Positions 20,048-28,700 of a DNA stretch of 64,000 bases are shown here, in pieces. The stretch's first letter is position 1. Each line of letters starts with the position of its first letter. Under the pieces are notes generated by a model. That model did not search any database and was not told the origin of the DNA. It saw nothing but the letters and a program-made list of their open reading frames with translations. The stretch spans positions 288,001 to 352,000 of the forward strand of contig CAWDOD010000004.1 in the NCBI GenBank assembly GCA_963803805.1. The letters run 5' to 3'. The position numbers and the translations under genes are program-made. The stretch comes from an uncultured cyanobacterium. GTDB taxonomy: Bacteria > Cyanobacteriota > Cyanobacteriia > Cyanobacteriales > CAWCAG01.

Positions 20048-20575
20048 TTAGAACCAACCTAATTTAGCTCCTAACCAACCAGCAGCACCAGCAGCCCAAT
20101 ACTGCCAAGCTTCAAGTTCTTCTGATTTCAATCCAGCTTCTTTGCTAATAGCAGGGAAAAGTCTAGCAACAATAGGGGGACAAAAAATAGTAGCTAAAAA
20201 TCGTAAATAGCCTGGTAAAGGTTTGGCCACTATGGGGGTGATCAATTTAGCCACACTGTTAGGGCCTTGACGACAGGCTGCTTCTAACTTACTCCGAGTT
20301 TTCGGATTGGTAGTGATTTTTTTGACTGCTTTTTTGACCAAGCAAGTGAATACTTTCGTCAATTGACGTGTCATGTAACTGCTGGAAGCACAACCTTCAG
20401 TGTCTTCTACCATGTAGTACTCTACATCTTCAGCTACATTCTCTAAATCTATGCTTTCTAAGTTTTCTACAAACAAAGACTCAAGCCCTTCTAAGTCCAT
20501 AGATTCCATTTGTAGAGTCTCCATATCTGCTTCGGAAAATTCGAGTTGTTCGGAAGAATTAGTAGTGTAGGTCAT
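20048..20575 (-). CDS. Acidic-leader precursor protein with basic amphipathic core and Trp-rich C-terminal peptide
   Basis: 175-aa ORF with an RBS-like upstream sequence; 19 D/E and no K/R in residues 1-60; ends EELE-AWQYWAAGAAGWLGAKLGWF. Confidence 0.8.
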   Translation of the reverse strand: MTYTTNSSEQLEFSEADMETLQMESMDLEGLESLFVENLESIDLENVAEDVEYYMVEDTEGCASSSYMTRQLTKVFTCLVKKAVKKITTNPKTRSKLEAACRQGPNSVAKLITPIVAKPLPGYLRFLATIFCPPIVARLFPAISKEAGLKSEELEAWQYWAAGAAGWLGAKLGWF

Positions 20576-20993
20576 GATTTTCTCTTTTGGTGAGTTTAGG
20601 GTTTGTCATGAATGCAAAGTTCAGTTTGTTACTAGCCCTTTGCTGATTTCTTGATATTCATCATATCTGCAATAAATTGGCTTGGTAATTAACTACTTTT
20701 AGGTGTTAAGCAAAAAAATAGTAAGTATTTTTAGGTGCTAATTATTCCTATTGATATCAGTTGATTTCTAGTCTATTTTGCAAATCTAAAAATAATTAAC
20801 TTGGTATCTAAATATAGCTAATTGGCAACTCATATTTATTGAAGTTAATCTACGTATAGAGATGATAAGAGAGGAGCAAGTGATAAACTCAAAGCTTACT
20901 GAAGCTTAATATATTGGGTTTTGGCAAGCTATCAAACCTTTATTCAGAAGGTTAATTACAAATTTCAAGAACTAGAAATAGGAGAATTCCAAA

Positions 20994-21836
20994 ATGACTT
21001 CCACTGTTATTAAAGCAACAGCAAACACCTACATCAAATCTGAAATTCAAGAGGCATTACAATTGCCTGAAACTCAAAAGACTGTCATCTCCAAAGATAC
21101 AGTATTAGAACTTACAGATATTGCAGGGCTTGATCGTTCTCACTATCAAATCACTCTCAAAGAGCCTCTTAAAGAATTCGCTCTTTCCACTGGTTTTGTC
21201 TTCGCTCCCCACTGGGGTATTGTCAGTAGTGATGATCCTGACATCTTAAAAGAGTCAGCACCAAAGCACAAAAATCCAGCAGTACAAAGACAAATAGACC
21301 GGATAAGCAAGTATTTGCCAGTTGCTCTGTCCCTAAATCTAGAGACAAAAACTAAGTATTTTAGCCAACGTGACAACTATACAATGCCCCATCGAACCTG
21401 CTGTAGTAGTAGCAATGCTATGTATTTGGACTGGCTGTTGCGGGTGACAGGAAAAGCAGGATTAGATAGTGATAACGGCTATCTTAAAAAAGTTTTGGCT
21501 AACGGCGATACGATCTATCACCATGTACAGAGCGAGACTATTGCTGAGTATGGTTTCAAGACAAAATGGATGACCGATGCTGATTTAGACTTCGTTGAAG
21601 ATTTGGTAGATACCGGTTTTCCTGTAGTGGTGAATATCCTGCACCGTGGTAGTACAGCTAAACCCCGTGGTGGACACATTATTATGTTGATTGCCCGCAA
21701 AAACGGCTACTGGCTTGCCCATGACCCCTATGGCACATTAGAATCGCAATATTCCGTCACTAGGGGTGAGTACAGCCGAATCAGTGAAAGAGAATTTGCT
21801 ATCAGATGGCAAGGTGGTTACAGAATTCTTAAGTAA
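20994..21836 (+). CDS. C39-like (papain-fold) peptidase
   Basis: YFSQRDN...RTCCSSSNAM (catalytic Cys region), GGHII (His), HDPYG (Asp); AGGAG RBS. Confidence 0.8.
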   Translation: MTSTVIKATANTYIKSEIQEALQLPETQKTVISKDTVLELTDIAGLDRSHYQITLKEPLKEFALSTGFVFAPHWGIVSSDDPDILKESAPKHKNPAVQRQIDRISKYLPVALSLNLETKTKYFSQRDNYTMPHRTCCSSSNAMYLDWLLRVTGKAGLDSDNGYLKKVLANGDTIYHHVQSETIAEYGFKTKWMTDADLDFVEDLVDTGFPVVVNILHRGSTAKPRGGHIIMLIARKNGYWLAHDPYGTLESQYSVTRGEYSRISEREFAIRWQGGYRILK

Positions 21837-22010
21837 CAGGACTAGGGAAGCTAGGGATTAAGATTTATGGGCTTTAACTCAGTATCAAATACCCCATAAA
21901 CTAAAATTTGTTGAGAAACCAGCTTCCCTTTAATTGAAGGCAGAACTAGCAATGTTCTGTTTGAATTTAAACCTCTAGTTACTTCATAGTTTTTATTTCT
22001 GGGAATTAAG

Positions 22011-25000
22011 ATGAACCGTAATATCTATGCACTTTTGGTAGGAATTGATGAATATCCTGAGCCTGTCTCTTCTTTAAATGGCTGTGTTAACGATATCCAG
22101 ACCATACAAAACTATTTGCAAGAGCGAGTTGCAAAGGATGGATATCAACTTCATCTATATAAACTCTTGAATCAAAAAGCTACCCGTCAGGGCATTATTG
22201 ATGGGTTCCGAGGACATCTATGTAAGGCTCAGAAAAATGACATTGTTCTTTTTTACTACAGTGGTCATGGTTCTCAAGAACAGGCCCCAGAAGAGTTTTG
22301 GATAGTAGAACCAGATAGACTTAATGAAACTCTAGTTTGTTATGACAGTCGCTCGGGAGGAGGCTGGGATTTAGCTGATAAAGAATTAGCTAAACTTATT
22401 GCTGAAGTATCAACAACACAACCACACATCACAATTATTCTCGATTGCTGTCATTCTGGTGCTGGAACAAAAGACCCTCTGCAAGAAACAAAGGTTCGTC
22501 AGGCTAATACAGACAAGCGCAAACGCCCCATTGATAGCTTTTTGTTTAACTTAGCAGACCTAGAGCAATTATCTGACATTGCTAGTATAGAAGAGCATCC
22601 TACAGGCTGGAGAATTCCTAAAGGTCGTCATATTCTTTTAGGGGCTTGCCAAGCTAGTCAAAAGGCTAAGGAATTTAACGGAGAGGGAGAACAAAGGGGA
22701 GCTTTTTCTTATTTTTTATTAGATACATTGCAGCAAGCAACTGGAAAGTTAACCTATCGGGATCTGTTCAACCGGGCAAAAGCTATCATTAGTGGCCAAG
22801 TTGAGGCTCAACTTCCTCAACTAGAAGTTAATAATGCAGGGGACGAAAATCAGTTTTTCCTAGATGGTGCGATCGCAGAACGGACTCCCTATTTTACAGT
22901 TAGTTATAGCGTGAACTATGGCTGGATTATGGATGGGGGTGCTGTTCACGGTCTTCAAAGTCCTTCTCAGGGCGAAACAATTGTACTGGCCCTGTTTCCC
23001 TTTGATAGCCCTGCTCAAGATTTACGGGAACCTTCAAAATCTATTGGAGAAGCGAAAGTCATTGAAGTTTTGCCCCAGCTAAGTAAAATCGAAATTAGTG
23101 GAGTTGAGAACCTATATTCTGATACAACTAAAACCTTCAAAGCTGTTATCATCAGTATACCTTTGCCCCCCTTAGGAGTTTATTTTGGAGGAGAGCAAGG
23201 GGGAGTTAAGTTAGCTCGTGAGGCAATTAACTCAGCCGGGCTGGACAGTCAACCCTCAGTCTATATTCGAGAAGAACAGGAACTAAGCCAAGCACAATTT
23301 CGTTTACTGTGCCGCAATAACCAATACGTAATTACTCGTCCCGCCAATGGCCGTCCTCTGGTTGCTCAAATTGAGGGATATACCCCCGAAAATGCCCAGA
23401 AAGCCATACGAAGATTAGAACATATTGCCCGGTGGAATGCGATCGCTCAACTCTCCAGTTCGAGAAATGGTGTAATTAAAGTCGGGGATATTGAGATGAA
23501 GGTTATCTTCGATGATCCCGAACTTTCTCAATCAGGACAGATGCGTCTACCATACAAGTACGAGAATGGTAACTGGAAGCCTTCTTATTTTCGGCTCAAA
23601 CTGATAAATCATAGCAGGAAGCCCCTCTACTGTGCTTTAGTCAATTTAACAGAACGTTTCGCTGTTAGCGCTCCTTTTTTTGATACAGGTAGTGTGCGGC
23701 TAGACCCTGGGGAGGAGATTTGGGCTTTCGATGGAGATGAAATTATATTCAAAGTACCTGATGAATTATGGCAACAGGGGGTTACGGAGTACAAAGACAT
23801 TATTAAATTGATTGTTTGTACGGCTGAATTTGATGCTCGGTTAATGGCGCAAAAAGCCCTAGATATTCCTCGTCTTACCCAAAGAGATGTTCCGCCTCCC
23901 CAGCAAAATTCCCTAGACCGTTTGCTGAATCGAGTACAAAGCCGCGATATTGAACGTGGAGGTAAGGGTAGTTATGAAGATTGGTTTGCAGATGCTATCA
24001 CCATTACCACAGTTCGTCCCTTAGACAATATACCAGTGTCAGCAACAAGGGGAATAAACTTAGCCCAGGGAGTTAAATTACAGCCTCACCCTAGCTTAGA
24101 AGCTCATGCCCATTTAACTACAGTTCCCCAAGTTAGTTGGGATTTAGGAGGTGCGATCGCACCTCCCATTTTGCGGGAAGACCCTCAAGTTAGCCAAACT
24201 TTTCAATTCACCGCCAGTCGCGGTACAGATCCTGGTTTAAGTGTACTAGAGTTAACTCAAGTTGAAGACCATACCGTTGTCACTCCCGATACCCCTTTGA
24301 GGTTATGGGTTGATGCTCCATTAGAAGAAAATGAATACCTCTTACCTGTTGCCTACGATGGTGAGTTTTTTCTCCCCCTAGGTCACACTCAAAAAACGAA
24401 AGGAAGCGTAGAAGTAGAGCTAGAGCGACTACCCCAACCCTACAGTCAGGAGCGTAGTGTACAAGGTTCTATAAAAATTATGTTTCATAAGATCAGCGCC
24501 GAAAAGTTCGGTGGGGGATACGAATATCCCCTACTACGTGTGGCCCAAGTCGCATCGGACGAAACCATCACCTATATTACCGATAAAGAGCAAATTAAAG
24601 AATTAGTTAAGAATAGCAAGAAAGTTTTGCTCTATATTCATGGCATTCTTGGGGATACCGACAATATGGTCAAGAGTGTTCAAAGGGCGAAAACAACTTT
24701 AAATGGAGAAGAACATCCCCTCAAAGACAACTATGACTTAGTGCTAACTTTCGACTACGAGAATATCAATACCTCCATCGAAGAGAATGCCCGTCATCTA
24801 AAGAAGCGTCTCGAAGAAGTTGGCTTGAAGCCTAATCGCCACAGAGTATTACATATTGTTGCTCATTCAATGGGAGGGTTAGTATCTCGTTGGTTCATTG
24901 AGCGAGAAGGTGGTCATAAATTCGTGCAACATTTGGTGATGTTGGGTACACCAAATGCAGGCTCCCCTTGGTCAACAGTTCAAGAGTGGGTCACATTTGC

Positions 25001-25490
25001 TTTAGCCCTCGGCATCAATGGTCTTTCGGAGATTTTTTTGCCTGGGAAAATATTGGGGAGCTTAGTTAACGCTATTGAAGATGTGGATGTCTCTCTAGAC
25101 CAAATGAAACCAGGGTCTGAATTCCTCGAATCCTTAGCTGCAAGTCCCAAAGATCCGCGTATTCCCTACTCAGTTATTGCTGGTAATACTTCTTTGAAAG
25201 CTCTGGCTGTAAATGGAGAAGAATTGAGCAAAGTTAAACGGCTCACAGAAAAGTTATTCCGCCGAGTTGTAGAATCTCCCTTCTCCGGTGTAGCGAACGA
25301 TATCGCGGTAACAGTGCAGAGCATTAAGAGTATTCCAGAAAAGAGGAAGATTGCTCCCCAAATACAAGAAATTGCCTGTGATCATCTGACTTATTTTGAT
25401 ACCCCAGAAGGGTTGAACGCTTTAAGTCAGGCTTTAAGTCAGGCTTTAACCCAACAACAAGATAGTACTTTTTTAGGTTTTAGATTTTAG
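22011..25490 (+). CDS. Caspase-family (C14) protease fused to a C-terminal alpha/beta-hydrolase (lipase/PGAP1-like)
   Basis: ALLVGIDEY, YSGHGS, LDCCHSG dyad; C-terminal YIHGILG, IVAHSMGGL, LGTPNAGS, ND..V, H. Confidence 0.9.
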   Translation: MNRNIYALLVGIDEYPEPVSSLNGCVNDIQTIQNYLQERVAKDGYQLHLYKLLNQKATRQGIIDGFRGHLCKAQKNDIVLFYYSGHGSQEQAPEEFWIVEPDRLNETLVCYDSRSGGGWDLADKELAKLIAEVSTTQPHITIILDCCHSGAGTKDPLQETKVRQANTDKRKRPIDSFLFNLADLEQLSDIASIEEHPTGWRIPKGRHILLGACQASQKAKEFNGEGEQRGAFSYFLLDTLQQATGKLTYRDLFNRAKAIISGQVEAQLPQLEVNNAGDENQFFLDGAIAERTPYFTVSYSVNYGWIMDGGAVHGLQSPSQGETIVLALFPFDSPAQDLREPSKSIGEAKVIEVLPQLSKIEISGVENLYSDTTKTFKAVIISIPLPPLGVYFGGEQGGVKLAREAINSAGLDSQPSVYIREEQELSQAQFRLLCRNNQYVITRPANGRPLVAQIEGYTPENAQKAIRRLEHIARWNAIAQLSSSRNGVIKVGDIEMKVIFDDPELSQSGQMRLPYKYENGNWKPSYFRLKLINHSRKPLYCALVNLTERFAVSAPFFDTGSVRLDPGEEIWAFDGDEIIFKVPDELWQQGVTEYKDIIKLIVCTAEFDARLMAQKALDIPRLTQRDVPPPQQNSLDRLLNRVQSRDIERGGKGSYEDWFADAITITTVRPLDNIPVSATRGINLAQGVKLQPHPSLEAHAHLTTVPQVSWDLGGAIAPPILREDPQVSQTFQFTASRGTDPGLSVLELTQVEDHTVVTPDTPLRLWVDAPLEENEYLLPVAYDGEFFLPLGHTQKTKGSVEVELERLPQPYSQERSVQGSIKIMFHKISAEKFGGGYEYPLLRVAQVASDETITYITDKEQIKELVKNSKKVLLYIHGILGDTDNMVKSVQRAKTTLNGEEHPLKDNYDLVLTFDYENINTSIEENARHLKKRLEEVGLKPNRHRVLHIVAHSMGGLVSRWFIEREGGHKFVQHLVMLGTPNAGSPWSTVQEWVTFALALGINGLSEIFLPGKILGSLVNAIEDVDVSLDQMKPGSEFLESLAASPKDPRIPYSVIAGNTSLKALAVNGEELSKVKRLTEKLFRRVVESPFSGVANDIAVTVQSIKSIPEKRKIAPQIQEIACDHLTYFDTPEGLNALSQALSQALTQQQDSTFLGFRF

Positions 25491-25632
25491 ATGGAAAGAT
25501 TAATATCTAGCTTAAACTTATTGCTTATTACTTTTGCTAAGTACTATTTCCGGCTTTGGTAAATACAAGTATGATTTTCTTTCCCATTTCCCACATGAAG
25601 TTTAACTAGCTTTTTCGATGCTAATAGCTAAT

Positions 25633-25691
25633 AGCTATAGGCGTTTCGCGTATGCGTTGCCGCAGGCTAGCCTTGTCGTTAGACTAAGCTA
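25633..25691 (+). repeat. Small dispersed repeat, copy 1
   Basis: AGCTATAGGCGTTTCGCGTATGCGTTGCCGCAGGCTAGCCTTGTCGTTAGACTAAGCTA, nearly identical to 35501-35566. Confidence 0.8.
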
Positions 25692-25781
25692 CGAACAGAA
25701 ACATTTTGTACATCATATGCTCAATTACCAACGCCCTATTCCCAAACATCAGGTACTTTGCATTTCATGAATTTTTGAACC

Positions 25782-28700
25782 ATGTCCAAACATAAGTTTC
25801 AACGTAACTTTGCTTTTATCGTTGGTATCGACAAATATTACAACGGTATTCGTCCCCTAAAAACTGCCGTCAACGATGCCAAAAAGCTTACAGAAACCCT
25901 GCGGATTAAGCACGGCTATAAAGTGTGGATCTGTTTGGATGAACAGGCTACCCTCAAGGAGTTGATGGGATTTATCGAAAAAACTCTACCCCAACAAGTT
26001 AAGGCCGATGACCGTTTGCTGTTTTACTTTGCAGGTCATGGAGTTGCCCTTAATGACGATGATGGCCTCGAAGGTTACTTACTTCCCCAAGATGCTTCCC
26101 GTGATAATCGAGATAGCTATTTACCGATGAAGAAGCTACACGATGCTTTGAGTCAATTGCCCTGTCGTCACTTCTTAGGTATTCTTGATTGTTGTTTTGC
26201 AGGTGCTTTCCGTTCTTCAATTACTAGGGATGTAATTGTTCCTAGCAAAATGTATAGAGAGAGGTATGACCGCTTTATTGCTGACCCCGCTTGGCAAGTT
26301 ATTACTTCTGCTGCCTATAACCAAAAAGCCTTAGATAATTTTAATTTCCCAGAACGGGGTCAAATTGGCAATCATTCTCCCTTTGCCACAGTTCTCTTGG
26401 AAGCCCTAGAGGGGGCAGCAGACGCTTATCCCCCGCCTAGCAATGGTAAGCCCCAAGGAGATGGGGTGATTACAGCAATGGAACTCTGTTCCTATTTGCG
26501 TGACCGAGTGGAAACTCTCACAGAAGCCTTTGCTGTTCGCCAAACTCCCGATCTCCATCCCCTTAAAAAACACGACAATGGACAGTATATTTTCCTCACT
26601 CCAGGACACAAACTCAATTTACCTGCTGCCCCTCCACTCAACGAAGCTCAAAATCCTTACCGAGGTTTAAAGTCTTTTAATGAAAAACACAGCGACTTTT
26701 TCTTTGGGCGTAGTGAACTCACCCAAGGGTTAAAGAGTTTTGTCGAAACTAATTCTCTAACTGTGGTATTGGGTGCTAGTGGTTCAGGAAAATCTAGTTT
26801 AGTTAAAGCAGGCTTAATTCCCCAATTGAAGCAGGAAACTAACCCAAGGTGGCAGATCTTGTCACCCATACGTCCTGGAGAAAGACCATTTCAGGCTCTA
26901 AATCAGGCTCTAGACAACGCTGAACTTGGGGAAGTAGACTGGCAAAGTCCCCAAAAGACTCTGAGTGAAAGTATTACAGTTTGGGCAAAGAAACATTCTG
27001 ATTTCCAGCTATTGATTTTTATCGACCAAAGTGAAGAACTCATTACTATGTGTGCCGATAAAAACGAGCGCACTGCATTTTTCCAGCAGATACTAACAGC
27101 ACTAATAGAACATCGCCATCAATTGAGGATTGTGTTAAGCCTCCGTTCTGACTTTGAACCCCAAGTTAGGGATGCAGGCTTACAATTTGCTTGCGAGGGA
27201 TTAAACATGAGAAATACATTAATCCAGAGACGTTGGCAAAGTGGAAGGTTTATTGTTCCAGCGATGACACGGGCGGAGCTGCGGGAAGTGATCGAGAAGC
27301 CTGCTGAAGCCATGGTGATGTATTTTGAACCCTACGACTTAGTAGATCAATTAATTGAGGAAGTAGCAAATATGCCAGGAGCTTTGCCTCTACTTTCTTT
27401 TGCCTTAAGTGAACTGTATTTGAAATATTTAGAGCGACAACGGGAGGCCCAGTATAGCGGTAAACTAATTGAACGAAGTCTCATTCAAGCAGACTATGAC
27501 AAATTGGGGGGAGTAATTCAATCTCTGACCCAAAGGGCAGATGAGGAATATAATCAGCTAGTTAGAGAAAACTCCGACTACGAACCTGTTATCCGTCATG
27601 TAATGCTGCGGATGGTGGCTCTTGGTGGTGGAGAATTAGCCCGTCGGCGTGTTCCTTTGTCGGAATTAGCCTATCCAGCAGAGAAAAAAGATTTAGCAGA
27701 CGAAGTTATCGAGCGCTTTAGCAAAGCTAGGTTATTAGTTAAAGGGCAAGATGAGGAAAAAAATCCCTATGTGGAGCCGGCCCATGATGCTTTGGTACGG
27801 GGATGGGCAAAACTTTTATCCTGGAAACGAGAAGCTGAAGAGAGTTTACTGCTGCAACGGCGCTTAACTCAAGCAGTCTTTAACTGGAAAAAGCTTGCCA
27901 GGGAAGAACAACAACTATCTGGGTTTCAAGCTACAGCTAAACCTTTCATCGATTGGTTAGATGGCAAACTCAATATCCTCGAAGACTTTGGCAATAAGTT
28001 TAATCCTCGACTTGATGATCATTTTCTCCGGTTATGGTATGGAGTATCAAAGGAACAAGAGGGCTTGGAAGATCAACCAACAAGGCTTCTGTGGCACAAT
28101 GATGCTCATTTGGATAGGTTGGATGAAACTTTGGACTCTGATGATAATTGGTTAAATCAGTTAGAAACTGAGTTTGTCAAGAAAAGCATTGTCCGCAAAC
28201 GCCAGAATCATAATTGGCGGTGGCGAATTGCGATCGCAGTTATGGCAGGATTAAGTCTGTTGACCCTTTGGGCTTCATTTAATCTGAGAAGGGCCCAGAT
28301 GCAAGAAGTTAGTGCCTTGATGGAAGCTTCTGATGGTAATATTGTCTCAGATTTTGGTGGGGGTAAAATAGATGGAATAGTGGCAGCGTTTCGAGCCAAG
28401 GAAAATTTTGACCGTATTTGGTTTGCAGACCGTCATACCCGTACTCAAGTTGAACACAACCTGTCGAATACTGTTCATAATGTAGCTGACCCCAACACTC
28501 TGGGAAGACACGCAAACGCCCTTACCGATGTTAGCTTTAGTCATAAGGATAAGATGTTAGCCTCTGCTAGTTGGGATAACACGATTAAACTCTGGGATGC
28601 TAATACTGGAAAAGAAATTCATACTCTCAAGGGTCATACGAATGCTGTTATGAGTGTTAGCTTTGGTAGTGATGATAAGACATTGGCTTCTGGCAGTTTC

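Noticed and set aside
17082-20575. Reading the subtilase operon as a cyanobactin (PatA/PatE) or Nif11/double-Gly RiPP cluster, since FSEAELE and GLES recall LAELSEE, ELSDEELE and GLEAS
   Set aside because: No YcaO, PatG, LanM or peptidase-ABC transporter in the window, no double-Gly at the leader ends, and the cargos are protein-sized; the resemblance is noted only as possible distant kinship.
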